From positions 768,001-832,000 of the forward strand of contig CBDAOI010000002.1 of NCBI GenBank assembly GCA_965198005.1: a stretch of DNA of 64,000 nucleotides. The letters are read 5' to 3'. The notes under the pieces were generated by a model. It was not told the DNA's origin and did no database searches. It saw nothing but the letters and a program-made list of their open reading frames with translations. Source of the stretch: Spirochaetia bacterium. GTDB taxonomy: Bacteria; Spirochaetota; Spirochaetia; SZUA-6; Bin103. Shown here piece by piece: positions 36,590 through 47,035 of this stretch. A program made the translations under genes and the position numbers. Position 1 is the first letter of the stretch, and each line of letters begins with the position of its first letter.

Positions 36590-37959
36590 GCCGCGGCCGC
36601 CAATTCGTGCAGAATCATGCAATACGCCTCCTGGGCGCGGCGAAAACTGGCCAACCGGAAGAACTCGTCCGGCCCGTGGGCGCCCTCATCGTCGAGTGCG
36701 AAGGAAAAACCGATGGTGTGGACCCCGAGCTGCTCCAGCAGCAGGCCGCAGATCGGGATGCTGCCGCCGGAGCCGGTGTGCAGCGGCGGCGTCCCGTAGA
36801 GACGCTCCAGCACCGCCGCCGCGGCCCGGTTGCCGGGGTGGTCGGGGGACACCGCGTAGGGGGCGCCGTGCACGGCGCTGGGCTGGCAGCGCACCTGCAC
36901 GCCGGCCGGCGCCCGGCGCTGCAGATGGTCCACCACCAACTCCAGGATCCGCCGCGGCTCCTGGTCGGCCACCAGCCGGCAGGTAAGCTTGGCGTGCGCG
37001 GCGGCGGGCAGCACCGTCTTGGCGCCGGCGCCCTGGAATCCTCCCCACATGCCGTTCACCTCCAGGGTGGGCCGCACCCATGCCCGTTCGTAGGTCGACC
37101 AGCCGGCCTCGCCGTACAGCGCGGGCGCGCCGGTGGCGCGCAGATGGGCCGCCGCGTCGAACGGCACCAGCGCGTAGCGCCGGCGCTGCTCCGGGGACGG
37201 TTCCACCACGTCGTCGTAGAAGCCGGGCACGGTGACCCGGCCGGCGCCGTCGTGCAGGCCGGCGATCAGCTCGGCCAGCGCGTGCAGCGGGTTGCGCACG
37301 GTGCCGCCGTAGATGCCGGAGTGCAGGTCGGCGGCGGGGCCGCTGACGTCCACCTGCAGCGCACAGATGCCGCGCAACGAGAGCAGCAGGGTGGGCTCCC
37401 GCTCGCTCCACTGCGCGCCGTCCGCCGACAGCACCAGGTCGCACGCCAGCAGCTCGCCGTGGCCGGCGATGAACGGCGCCAACTCGGGGCTGCCGATCTC
37501 CTCCTGCCCCTCGAACAGGAACTTGACGTTGACCGGCAGCGTCCCGGCGCTGCGCAGCAGCGCCTCCACGGCCGCGATCGGGGCGAACATGTTGCCCTTG
37601 TCGTCAGACGCCCCGCGCGCGTAGACGCGGTCGGCGGTCAGCCGCGGCTCGAACGGCGGCGTGGACCAGCCATCCTCCTCGGCGGCCGGTTGCACGTCGA
37701 AGTGGCCGTAGATCAGCAGCGTCGGTGCGCCCGCGGCGGCGTGCAGCCAGTCGCCGTACACCACGGGGTGGCCGCCGGTGGACAACGTCCGCACGTGCTC
37801 CAGGCCGGCCGCCGTCAGGCGTTGATGCACCCAGGCCGCGGCCGCGACGACATCGCCGGCATGCTCGGGCTGGGCGCTGACGCTGGGAATCCGAATGAAG
37901 GCGAGCAACTCGTGAAGCAGGCGATCCTGCTGCTCGCGCAGATAGTCGTTCCAAGTCAT
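36586..37959 (-). CDS. M20 family dipeptidase
   Basis: RIPSVS, LIYGHFDVQP, ARGASDDKG, EGQEEIGS, DLHSG, GGSIP, HGPDE. Confidence 0.93.
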   Translation of the reverse strand: MTWNDYLREQQDRLLHELLAFIRIPSVSAQPEHAGDVVAAAAWVHQRLTAAGLEHVRTLSTGGHPVVYGDWLHAAAGAPTLLIYGHFDVQPAAEEDGWSTPPFEPRLTADRVYARGASDDKGNMFAPIAAVEALLRSAGTLPVNVKFLFEGQEEIGSPELAPFIAGHGELLACDLVLSADGAQWSEREPTLLLSLRGICALQVDVSGPAADLHSGIYGGTVRNPLHALAELIAGLHDGAGRVTVPGFYDDVVEPSPEQRRRYALVPFDAAAHLRATGAPALYGEAGWSTYERAWVRPTLEVNGMWGGFQGAGAKTVLPAAAHAKLTCRLVADQEPRRILELVVDHLQRRAPAGVQVRCQPSAVHGAPYAVSPDHPGNRAAAAVLERLYGTPPLHTGSGGSIPICGLLLEQLGVHTIGFSFALDDEGAHGPDEFFRLASFRRAQEAYCMILHELAAAA

Positions 37960-38008
37960 GGTGCGGCGGCGCCGTTCGGCGCGGTCGCGCTTAGGATACA
38001 CTGTCGGG

Positions 38009-39961
38009 GTGAACAGGCTCAACACGCTCAATCAACCGGATCAACCGGATCAACCGTCCCGACCGGCGCCACCGGCACAACCGGCCCAGCCGGCTACCCC
38101 GGACCGGCTGCCCGAGACCTGGGACCTGGAGCAGATTTTCCCCGGCGGATCGGCCTCGCCCCGGTTCGCCGAGTTCCTGCTGCAGCTCGAACGCGAGATC
38201 GCCGCCCTGGGGCCGGCGGCGGCGGAGCTGGCCGCGGCGCCGGCGGACGCGCTGCCGCAGGCCTGGGCGGCGGTGGTCGAGGCGTGGCAGCGGCGCGCCG
38301 CGGAGCTGACCCAGGCCTACGGCTTCGTGGAATGTCTGGCCGCGGCGGATACGGCCGACGCGCGCGCCACCCAGCTCGGCGGGCGGCTGGACGCGCTGGA
38401 TGCGGCGCTCAAGAACGTCGAGGCCGCCATCGACCAGCGGCTGCTGGCCCTGGCCGACGGCGCATGGCCGCGGCTCATCGGTGCGGCGGAGCTGGCGCCG
38501 GTGGCCTATTTCCTGCGCCGCCAGCGCGCCCTGGCGCGGCGCAAGATGGACCACGCGCGCGAGACGCTGGCGGAGACCCTGGCCACCAACGGCTACCATG
38601 CCTGGAGCCGGTTGTACGACAAGCTGGCCGGCTCGCTGCGCGCCGACCTCACCGAGCGCAACCAGACCCGCAGCCTCTCGATCGGCCAGCTCGTGCACCG
38701 TCTGGAGGATCCCGACGGCGGGGTGCGCGCCGCCGCGTTCCGGAGCCTGGAGAGCGCTTGGCGTTCGGTGCAGGACCTGGCGGCCATGGCGCTCAACAGC
38801 CAGGCGGGGTTCCGGCTCAGCCTCTACGCAGGCCGCGGCTGGGACTCGGTCCTGTGGGAGCCGCTGCAGGTCAACCACCTGCGGCGCGAGACGCTGGACG
38901 CCATGTGGTCGGCGGTGGCGCGCACGAGCGGCGCGCTGGTGCCCTACCTGCAGGCCAAGGCGGACCTGCTGGGCGTCGACCGCATGCGCTGGGCGGATCT
39001 GGTGGCGCCGGTCGGGCGCGCCCCCGCCGCGGCCGCCCGCGCCGGCGGTCCCGCGGGCGACGGCGCCGCCGCCGGCGACCGTCCTGACCGGCGGTTCACC
39101 TACGCCGCCGCCGCCGACTACGTCATCCGGCAGTTCGGCGCCTTCAGCGGCGACCTGGAGCAGTTCGCGCGGCGCGCCTTCGCCGGCCGCTGGATCGAGG
39201 CGGAGGACCGCGCCGGCAAGGCCGCGGGCGGCTTCTGCACCGACCTGCCACTGAGCCGGCAGACCCGCATCTTCACGACCTTCGGCGGCACCTTCGGCGG
39301 CGTCACCACGCTGGCGCACGAGCTGGGACACGCCTACCACGCCTGGCTGCTGCGCGCGCGGCCCTACTTCGCCACCCTGTATCCCATGGCGCTGGCCGAG
39401 ACCGCCAGCACTTTCTGCGAGACGCTGGTGATGGACGCGGCGCTGGACGCGGCCGACCCGGCCGAGGAGCTGACCCTGCTCGGCAACATCGGCGACGAAG
39501 CGGTGATGATGCTGATGAACCTGCGCGCCCGGTACCTGTTCGAGTGCGCCTTCTTCGCCCGCCGCGCGGACGGTCCGCTGACCGCGGACGAGCTGAGCGA
39601 GCTGATGGTGGAGGCGCAACGCGAGGCGTACTGCGACGGACTGGCCGCGGACGGCTACCATCCGCTGTTCTGGGCATCGAAGCTGCACTTCTACATCACC
39701 AGCACGCCGTTCTACAACTTTCCCTACGTGTTCGGCTATCTGTTCAGCAACGGGCTGTCGGCGCGCGCCCGCGCCGAGGGAGCCGGCTTCGCCCGCGCCT
39801 ACGCCCGGCTGCTGGAGGACACCGGCAGCATGACCTGCGAGCACCTGGCGCACCGCCACCTGGGCGTGGACCTGAGCGCACCGCAGTTCTGGGAGGAGGC
39901 GGTCGAGCGGGTGCTGGAGGTGGTGCCGCGCTTCGTGCGCGCGGCCGCCGGCCGGCGGTGA
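38009..39961 (+). CDS. pepF: M3B oligoendopeptidase F family
   Basis: WDLE.IFPGG, R.GK..GGFC, TLAHELGHAYH, LAETASTF.E, WASKLHFY, FYNFPY.FG. Confidence 0.92.
   Translation: MNRLNTLNQPDQPDQPSRPAPPAQPAQPATPDRLPETWDLEQIFPGGSASPRFAEFLLQLEREIAALGPAAAELAAAPADALPQAWAAVVEAWQRRAAELTQAYGFVECLAAADTADARATQLGGRLDALDAALKNVEAAIDQRLLALADGAWPRLIGAAELAPVAYFLRRQRALARRKMDHARETLAETLATNGYHAWSRLYDKLAGSLRADLTERNQTRSLSIGQLVHRLEDPDGGVRAAAFRSLESAWRSVQDLAAMALNSQAGFRLSLYAGRGWDSVLWEPLQVNHLRRETLDAMWSAVARTSGALVPYLQAKADLLGVDRMRWADLVAPVGRAPAAAARAGGPAGDGAAAGDRPDRRFTYAAAADYVIRQFGAFSGDLEQFARRAFAGRWIEAEDRAGKAAGGFCTDLPLSRQTRIFTTFGGTFGGVTTLAHELGHAYHAWLLRARPYFATLYPMALAETASTFCETLVMDAALDAADPAEELTLLGNIGDEAVMMLMNLRARYLFECAFFARRADGPLTADELSELMVEAQREAYCDGLAADGYHPLFWASKLHFYITSTPFYNFPYVFGYLFSNGLSARARAEGAGFARAYARLLEDTGSMTCEHLAHRHLGVDLSAPQFWEEAVERVLEVVPRFVRAAAGRR
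38032..38100 (+). repeat. 9-bp microsatellite-like repeat (QPD/QPA linker) in the peptidase N-terminus
   Basis: TCAACCGGA x2 + TCAACCG, followed by degenerate units. Confidence 0.6.
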
Positions 39962-42438
39962 GCGGCCGGCGCGGCTTCATCCTCAACGCCACCTACGCCG
40001 CGGCCGGTGCCGGTGAAGGCGGCGACGCCGGCGATCCGGGCCGCGCGGTGGTGCAACTCTACGGCAAACTCGACGACGGCCGGCCGTTCCTGATCCGCGA
40101 CCGGCGCCACGGGGCCTACTTCTACCTCGAGAGCGACGCGGTCGAGCGCGCCCGCGCCGCCGGCCGCGGCGCTACCCTTGGCGCAACGCTCACCGCGACC
40201 GGGCGGGTCACGTTCGACGGCCGGCCGGTCCACCGGGTGGGACTGGCCCGGCCGCAGGACGCGGCGCCGCTACGCACCCGCCTGCATCGCGCCGGAATCG
40301 CTACCTACGAGGCGGACGTGCGCTTCGCCTACCGCTACCTGATCGACCGCGGCATCCGCGGCGCGCTGCGCATCCACGGCGACCCGCGTCCGCCGGAGGA
40401 CCGCGAACGGACGGCCGGCGGCGGCGCGGCGGCGGTCGAGCCGGTCGTGTTCGACGAGCCGGAGCTGGAACCGGCGGAGTGGACGCCGCGGCTCACCATC
40501 CTCTCGTTCGATCTCGAGACCGACCCGGAGCCGGAGCGGCTGCTGTCGATCGGCCTGTGGGGATGCGGCGCGCGCGAGGTGCTGCTGTGGTGCCCCGATG
40601 CCGCGGCGCGCGCCGCCTGCCCCCCGCACGCCGTGCCCTGCGCCGACGAAGCGGAGCTGCTCACCACCTTCGCCGCCCGCGTCCGGGCGCTCGATCCCGA
40701 TGTCCTGACCGGCTGGAGCATCATCGACTACGACGTGCCGGTGCTGCTGCGCCGGGCAGCCGCGGCCGGCGTGAGGCTCGAGCTGGGGCGGTTCGCCGGC
40801 GCGCTGCGGCAGCGCTCCGGCGGCAGTGCGCGGGAGGGGGGCCGCCGATTCAGCGACTCGGTGTTCATTCCGGGACGGGTGGTGCTGGACGGGATCCGGC
40901 TGCTGCGCGCGGTCGCCTACCGCCTGCCGAGCTACGGCCTGGACAGTGCCGCGCGCGCGATTCTGGGCGAGGGCAAGCGGTCGCTGCCGGCGGCAACCGG
41001 CGCCGGCGGCGATGGCGAAGACGACCGAGCCGACGACCCCGTGACCCGGATCCGGCGCGCCTTCCGCCGGCAGCCGGCCCGGTTCGTGGACTACAACCTC
41101 ACCGACGCGCGCTTGGCGTTCGACATCCTGGAGAAGCTGCAACTGGTGCCGTTCACGGTCGAACGCAGCAAGCTCACCGGCATGCCGCCCGACCGCGTCG
41201 GCGCCTCGATCGCGGCGTTCGACTACCTGTACCTCTCCTGCCTGCACGCGCGCGGCGTGGTCGCACCGACCGTGGGCGCGCCGGCGGCCCCTGCTGCCGC
41301 CGCGGCCGGGTCGCACAACCAGGGCGGCCACGTCCTGGAACCGTGCCCGGGCCTGCACGACCAGGTGCTGGTATTCGACTTCAAGAGCCTGTACCCCAGC
41401 ATCATGCGCACCTTCCGGATCGATCCGCTCGGCCTGGTCCGGGACTCCGCGCCCGCCGCGGCTGCCATCGAGGCGCCCAACGGCGCCCGCTTCCGGCGCG
41501 GCTCCGCCATCCTGAGCGAGCTGCTGGACGATCTGTTCGCCAGCCGCGAGCGGGCCAAGCGCGCCGGCAACCGCGTGGCCAGCAACGCGATCAAGATCCT
41601 CATGAACTCGTTCTACGGGGTCCTCGGCACGCCGTCGTGCCGGTTTGCCGATCCCCGCCTGGCGAACGCCATCACCGGCTTCGGCAAGCACTTCCTGCTG
41701 TGGGCCAAGGCGTGGATGGAGGCGCGCGGCCGGCGCGTGCTGTACGGCGACACCGACAGCCTGTTCGTGGCCGCCCGCGACCGCGCGCGCACGGGTTCCG
41801 CCGAGCGTCTGGCGGAGGCCTTGAACCGCGACCTGGCCGCCTACGTCCGCGCCACCTGGGACCTGCCCAGCCACCTGGAGATGGAGTTCGAACGCCGCTT
41901 CGAGCGCCTGTTCCTGCCGCTGGTGCGCGGCGGCGGCCGCGGCGCCACCAAACGCTACGTCGGGCTGGCGCAGGGCGGGCTGCACTTCACCGGCATGGAG
42001 GTGGTGCGGCGCGACTGGACGGCGCTCGCCCGCGAGGTGCAGCGCGAGCTGTACCGGCGGTGGTTCGCCGGCGAGCCGGTCGAGGAGTACCTGCGGCAGG
42101 TGATCGGCGAGGTGACGGCCGGCCGGCGCGACGCCCAGTTGGTGTACCACAAGGCGCTGCGCAAGGAGGTGGGCGACTATCAGGCGGCTGCCCCGCACGT
42201 GGTGGCGGCACGCAAGCGCACCGGGCCGGCGCCGCCCGGGGCGCCGCGCGAGGTGATCGACTACGTGATTACGGTGACCGGTCCCGAACCGGCGGAGCGC
42301 ACCGGGCGGCCCCCCCGGCTGGACTACGAGCACTACGTCGAACGCCAGATTCGCCCCGTGGCGGAACCGGTGCTGGCCACGCTGGGCCGCGACTTCGGCG
42401 AGGTGCGCCGCAACGAACGCCAACTCGAGCTGTTCTGA
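39958..42438 (+). CDS. polB: DNA polymerase II (family B)
   Basis: YEADV, ExoI SFDLET, ExoII GWSIIDYD, ExoIII YNLTD, FDFKSLYPSI, KILMNSFYG, YGDTDS, KRY.G, C-terminal clamp motif QLELF. GTGA overlap with the upstream peptidase. Confidence 0.95.
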   Translation: MSGRRGFILNATYAAAGAGEGGDAGDPGRAVVQLYGKLDDGRPFLIRDRRHGAYFYLESDAVERARAAGRGATLGATLTATGRVTFDGRPVHRVGLARPQDAAPLRTRLHRAGIATYEADVRFAYRYLIDRGIRGALRIHGDPRPPEDRERTAGGGAAAVEPVVFDEPELEPAEWTPRLTILSFDLETDPEPERLLSIGLWGCGAREVLLWCPDAAARAACPPHAVPCADEAELLTTFAARVRALDPDVLTGWSIIDYDVPVLLRRAAAAGVRLELGRFAGALRQRSGGSAREGGRRFSDSVFIPGRVVLDGIRLLRAVAYRLPSYGLDSAARAILGEGKRSLPAATGAGGDGEDDRADDPVTRIRRAFRRQPARFVDYNLTDARLAFDILEKLQLVPFTVERSKLTGMPPDRVGASIAAFDYLYLSCLHARGVVAPTVGAPAAPAAAAAGSHNQGGHVLEPCPGLHDQVLVFDFKSLYPSIMRTFRIDPLGLVRDSAPAAAAIEAPNGARFRRGSAILSELLDDLFASRERAKRAGNRVASNAIKILMNSFYGVLGTPSCRFADPRLANAITGFGKHFLLWAKAWMEARGRRVLYGDTDSLFVAARDRARTGSAERLAEALNRDLAAYVRATWDLPSHLEMEFERRFERLFLPLVRGGGRGATKRYVGLAQGGLHFTGMEVVRRDWTALAREVQRELYRRWFAGEPVEEYLRQVIGEVTAGRRDAQLVYHKALRKEVGDYQAAAPHVVAARKRTGPAPPGAPREVIDYVITVTGPEPAERTGRPPRLDYEHYVERQIRPVAEPVLATLGRDFGEVRRNERQLELF

Positions 42439-42489
42439 TCGTGATCCCGCAAGGTGACTTGAAGTGCGTGACGTGCTTGTCTAGAAGAC

Positions 42490-42650
42490 GAGAGGAACAG
42501 ATACTCGAAAGATTGCCGGTGACCATTGAGACAATGATTATTTTCTAGCAGCCAGGGCGGTTGGCACCCCACGACCCAAATCCTGTTACGCCATGTTCGG
42601 TGATGCGGTGAGAGACCTGCTCGACCCGCGGCTGCGGGGTGGCGGGGGAC
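42490..42650 (+). pseudogene. dppB shard (EEQILERLPVTIE) and dppC shard (MFGDAVRDLLDPRLRGGG)
   Basis: 42492-42530 and 42592-42648 match the intact permeases. Confidence 0.8.
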
Positions 42651-42699
42651 GTCTCGAGGCCGATGCCGCCGGGTCGCTGCGGAGGCGGGCCATCTGATC

Positions 42700-42894
42700 G
42701 TGTTCGACCGCGCGCCGGACCGACCCGATTCGGTGTTGCAGTAGGGCGACGGTCTCAAGCACTACGTAGTTGGTAGTAACCAGAGTAGCCCGCTGTTCGG
42801 TGATCTGCTTCCACAGTGCCTTCGCCTCTTTGTGGACTGCGTCGTCTTTGTCCATCACGGCGAGAAGCGCCGACGTATCGACAAAGCAGGTCAT
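42700..42894 (-). pseudogene. vapC: PIN-domain toxin, 3-prime truncated
   Basis: FVDTSALLA..D.DD..H, TTNYVVLET..LL..R; homology lost after about 60 aa. Confidence 0.8.
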
Positions 42895-43142
42895 GCTTCC
42901 GATGCTTCAGCGAAGTAGCGATCGTGGCAGCGCGAAAGGTCCGAGCGCCCGGAGCTGAACGCTCCTGCCGCAGCAGCAGCCCGCTCGTAGCGTGCTTTAC
43001 GGTCGACCTGGGGAGATGTCTCGAAGAAGAAAGAGACGGCGCGTCTGATTACCTCCGCCATGGATGTATGCTGGTGGTCGGCCACCTCGCGGATTCTTCG
43101 AATCAATTCTTCAGGCAACTGTATCTGGGTCCGTACCATCAC
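42891..43142 (-). CDS. CopG/RHH antitoxin
   Basis: MVRTQIQL......S.AEVIRRAV...G.FSSG.SDLS..HDRY. ATGA-coupled to the PIN gene. Confidence 0.85.
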   Translation of the reverse strand: MMVRTQIQLPEELIRRIREVADHQHTSMAEVIRRAVSFFFETSPQVDRKARYERAAAAAGAFSSGRSDLSRCHDRYFAEASEA

Positions 43143-43360
43143 TGTACCTCGCCTTCTTGTGTTTCGGTGTGCTACACCATGATAACACAGCGTGCCGCTT
43201 ATGACAGCGGAAGCCGATGTCGATCCCGAACAGGCAGCCGCGCCACCCCGTCGTTACCCACGATGCCGATCGGCGGCGTGTAGAGCGCCTGCAGCGCCTC
43301 GCGGACGCCGCTCTCCTCCAACCATGAAAAGTAATGCTCAGGCATCAAGGCTGCGCAAGG

Positions 43361-44180
43361 TCATGAACGGCGCGGGCGCACGCCACGGCGCCGCGGCGTG
43401 CGGCGTGGGCGGCGCCCGCCCCCGTAGCGGCCGGCGGCGCCGCGCAGCCGCGGGTCCAGCAGGTCGCGCACCGCGTCGCCGAACAGGTTGAGGGCGTAGA
43501 CCGTCACCGTCAGGCCGAAGCCGAGGAAGCTCAGCGACGCCTCGGCGATGATCACGCCGCCGACGTTGATGCTGAACACGACGATCAGCGGCGCCGCGAT
43601 GTTGGGCAGCACGTGACGGACGAGCGTGCGCAGCGTGCGGGCGCCGGTCGCCTGCGCGGCCTGGAAGTAGGCGTTCTCCTTGACCCCGATCACCGCGCCG
43701 CGCACCACCCGTGACGCGGGAATGCCACCGGCCACCCCGAGCACCAGGATGATCTGCACCACGCCGCGGCCGGCGATCGACATGATGGTGAGCAGCAACA
43801 GCAGCCCCGGAAACGACATCCACGCGTCCACGAACCGCTGCGCGTAGATGTCGACCCGGCCGCCGACGAAGCCGGTGGTGCCGCCGATCAGCAGCGCGAC
43901 CATCACGTTCAGCGCCGTTGCCGCCAGCCCGACCGTAATCGACAGGCGCCCGCCGACGATGAGGCGGCTCAGAAAGTCGCGGCCGACGTGGTCGGTGCCG
44001 AGCAGGTGCGCGGCCGACGGACCCTGCATCCGGTCCTGCACCCGGCCGCGGTCGAATTCGTAGGGCGCGAGCTGCGCGGCGAAGATGGTGATGAACACCA
44101 GCGCCAGGACGATGAGGGCGCCAACGGCTCCCAGCGGTTGCTCCCTCAGCAGCCGCGAGAAGAAGCTGGCAACTGGTCGG
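43361..44180 (-). pseudogene. dppC-like permease with in-frame internal deletion and lost start
   Basis: REQPLG...GTDHVGRDFLSRLI...EASLSFLGFGL joined directly to TVTVYALNLFGD (SWGGML...WPG segment missing). Confidence 0.85.
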
Positions 44181-44181
44181 C

Positions 44182-44235
44182 GGCGCGCAACCCTTCATCG
44201 TGCCGGCCATGGGCAGCCATGGCGGCGCCACCGGC
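44182..44235 (+). pseudogene. 54-bp shard of a LarA-like paralog
   Basis: GAQPFIVPAMGSHGGATG; 25 bp identical to 34826-34850. Confidence 0.75.
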
Positions 44236-44449
44236 ATCGGACAGGGTGGCGGCCGATCTGCGGCGTGTCGGACACGGCTGCGCATCGGTCACCCGACTTA
44301 CCGCGCGCCGCTAGTCGCTCAGCCTGCCGCGCGACAGCCAGCCGCGCGGCAGGCGACCGCTCGGCGCCGGTGCTGAGCGCGGCACCATCGATCCGCGTGG
44401 CACACACCCGCCACGCCTCCGTGCCTCGAACGGCCGACCATGTCGGCCG

Positions 44450-44610
44450 ACTCCACCAGTCTGATTACCTGGGCTCCCTGATCGGCCAGTAGCATGCCTG
44501 CCAGAGGGCCGGGCAGGTAGTGCCCGAAATCGATCACCCGCACCCCGGCGAGGGGCGGCAGAGCGTCACGGCGACGCGAATCGGACTGCTCAGAATCGGC
44601 GCGGGGCATC
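44450..44610 (-). pseudogene. Family III CoA-transferase N-terminal shard
   Basis: [32 protein letters not shown]. Confidence 0.8.
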
Positions 44611-44705
44611 GTTGCGGGCCAGAAGGTTAGATCGCGGCGCGCAGGCTGTCCAGGTAGGCTGGGGGTGGGGGAGATCTCGGGGGAGATCAAACAACCCAAT
44701 CCTCC

Positions 44706-44748
44706 CATCCTTGCAAATTTCAAGAATCGCGCAGAAAATGCAAGGATG
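44706..44748. promoter_or_regulatory. Inverted repeat overlapping the DUF4143 ATPase start
   Basis: Perfect 10-bp IR CATCCTTGCA / TGCAAGGATG with a 23-bp spacer. Confidence 0.6.
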
Positions 44749-45918
44749 ATAAAACGCGCGGTCGAGGGGCAGGTGGTGGCTGCCCTCGAACGGCAAGCAG
44801 CCGTGGCGATCGTCGGTCCGCGCCAGGTCGGCAAGACCACCCTCGCGCTCAAGATCGCGCGATCTCGGCCATCCGTCTATCTCGATCTGGAAGCGCCGCA
44901 GGACGTTGCCAAGCTGCAGGCTCCGGAGCTGTTTCTGGAGCGGCACACCGACAAGCTCATCGTCCTCGACGAGATCCACCGCACGCCGGATCTGTTTCAG
45001 GTGCTGCGGGGAGTCATCGACCGAGCACGCCGAAGCGGGCGACGCGCTGGCCTTTTCCTGATACTCGGATCCGCTTCGGTCGCCCTTCTGCGTCAGTCAG
45101 GAGAGACCCTTGCTGGCCGCATCGCGTATGTCCAGTTGGGCCCCGTGACCGCACCCGAAGTTCCGCCCGATCGCAACGAGCAGGACCGGCTATGGCTGCG
45201 CGGTGGGTTCCCCGACAGTTTCTTGGCTGCCACGGATGCCGACAGCTTTCTATTAAGGCAGGACCTGATCCGAACCTACCTCGAGCGCGACGTCCCGCAG
45301 CTAGGGCCACGGGTTCCGGCCGAGACGCTCCGCCGGTTATGGACGATGCTGGCGCACAATCAGGGCCAGCTGCTCAACGCGTCGCGGCTCGCGGCGAGTT
45401 TCGGCGCGTCCTCGACAACCGTCGCCCGCTACCTAGATCTACTGGTCGACCTGTTGCTGCTGCGGCGTCTGGAACCGCTGCATGCCAACGTCGGCAAGCG
45501 CCTGGTCAGGTCGCCCAAGATCTATGTGCGAGACTCGGGGCTCGTCCACGCTCTGCTGCGTCTCGAGACACTCGACGATCTACTCGGACACCCAGTCGTC
45601 GGCTCGAGTTGGGAGGGCTATGCGATCGAGTCGCTGCTTGCCGCTGCCCCTGGGGCCGATGTCAGCTTCTACCGAACGGCAGCTGGCGCCGAAGTGGACC
45701 TCGTTCTGGAGCTCGGCGGCTCGCGGGGTAGCTGGGCTGTCGAGATCAAACGTGGGCTCGATCCCGGGGCGTCCAAAGGACTCAGAAATGCGTGCGCCGA
45801 CCTGCGGCCCACGCGTACGTTCGTAGTGTACTCGGGCACGGAGCGGTATGCCTTGACTCCTGACGTCGAGGCAATTGGCCTCCGCGAGCTAGCTGCGCAG
45901 CTGCGGATGTCGGAATAG
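44746..45918 (+). CDS. AAA+ ATPase, AAA_14 + DUF4143
   Basis: [54 protein letters not shown]. Confidence 0.93.
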   Translation: MIKRAVEGQVVAALERQAAVAIVGPRQVGKTTLALKIARSRPSVYLDLEAPQDVAKLQAPELFLERHTDKLIVLDEIHRTPDLFQVLRGVIDRARRSGRRAGLFLILGSASVALLRQSGETLAGRIAYVQLGPVTAPEVPPDRNEQDRLWLRGGFPDSFLAATDADSFLLRQDLIRTYLERDVPQLGPRVPAETLRRLWTMLAHNQGQLLNASRLAASFGASSTTVARYLDLLVDLLLLRRLEPLHANVGKRLVRSPKIYVRDSGLVHALLRLETLDDLLGHPVVGSSWEGYAIESLLAAAPGADVSFYRTAAGAEVDLVLELGGSRGSWAVEIKRGLDPGASKGLRNACADLRPTRTFVVYSGTERYALTPDVEAIGLRELAAQLRMSE

Positions 45919-45987
45919 GAGATGCGTTAGTCGTTCCACGTATCCACCCCTTCCACCACGGACGACGTCACGCTGCCGCGTTTGCCA

Positions 45988-46714
45988 CTACTCCGTCGCG
46001 CTACCGGCGAGGACCTCGGCCATTCGCCCCTTGCTGGTAAAGGCGGCGTAGAACTCCTCAGCCAACGGCTGCCTGCGCATCAGCGGCGCAAGCCGGCGGG
46101 CGATGCCGCCACCCAGATACACGCCGCCCGTGGCCATTAAGTTGAGAGCCGCGTCACCAGCGGTGGCGGCACAGAGATTGGCCTCCGCGTTCGCGCCGAC
46201 GGCGAGTGCTTCCTCCAGGATGACTCGGGTCGGATCGCCGCTGGCAATTCTGGCGGCGATCGAACTCTCATCAATCCCCTGGTCATCCCGCAGGAACCGA
46301 TACAGATTCGGTATCCCCATGCCGGAACAGACGCGTTCGGTGCTCACGTGATCGTGCTCGCGGCGTAGGTGCCGCAACAAGCGTATCTGCAGCTCTCCGT
46401 GGGGCGCGAAACTGGCGTGGCCGCCCTCCGACGGTAGACGGACGTAGCCTCCCCCGGTCTGAGGCGCCAGGAACGCCTCGCCGAGTCCCGTGCCAGGCGC
46501 AACGACCGCGATGGCTCCCGCTGGGTCGGCAGTGCCCGGCTTCACCGTGGCCACGTCCTCGGTGCCAAGGTGGGGGGCTGCAGCCGCGATGGCTTCCAGG
46601 TCCTTGACGAGGAAGACGTCCGGCACGCCAACGCAGTCCGCCAACGTATCGGTCGGCGCCGATATCAAACAGGGCGATGTCGGTCTTCGTGCCACCGATA
46701 TCTCCAACCAGCAT
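45988..46714 (-). pseudogene. glk: Glucokinase with internal deletions and a frameshift
   Basis: LVGDIGGTKT, APGTGLGEA, PSEGGH, ERVCSGMG, GGVYLGGGIA, F.SKGRM; segments missing. Confidence 0.85.
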
Positions 46715-46849
46715 CTGCCCTCGTGCTCCTGCGTCTGGCATGGCTCCGAGCACCTGCGCCTCCTGGACGACGCCAAACGAGATCGACGATTCAGACTTGC
46801 CCACCTCGTCCGGGATTCCCAGAGCATCCACCAGCTCCAGTTTGAGCCC

Positions 46850-47035
46850 CAGTAGTTGGGAGCCTTCTCCCACGTCACGGAACTGCCTTCGACCCAATCG
46901 GTAAGCTCGTACGGTCCCGTGCCAACGAGGTTGCGCCAGTCGGTGATCTCACCGTGCTCTCGAATCACCTCCGGTGGGTAGATGAACACGACGTTCACAA
47001 TGAGGAGGGTCTTGAGTGCGTCCGCACCTCCTGGT
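46850..47035 (-). pseudogene. Family-5 SBP shard with residual RBS
   Basis: FIYPPEVI..HG.I.DWRNLVGTGPYEL.DWVEG.S.TWEK.PNYWG, matching the SBP at 9352-11205. AGGAGG at about 47033-47028. Confidence 0.85.
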
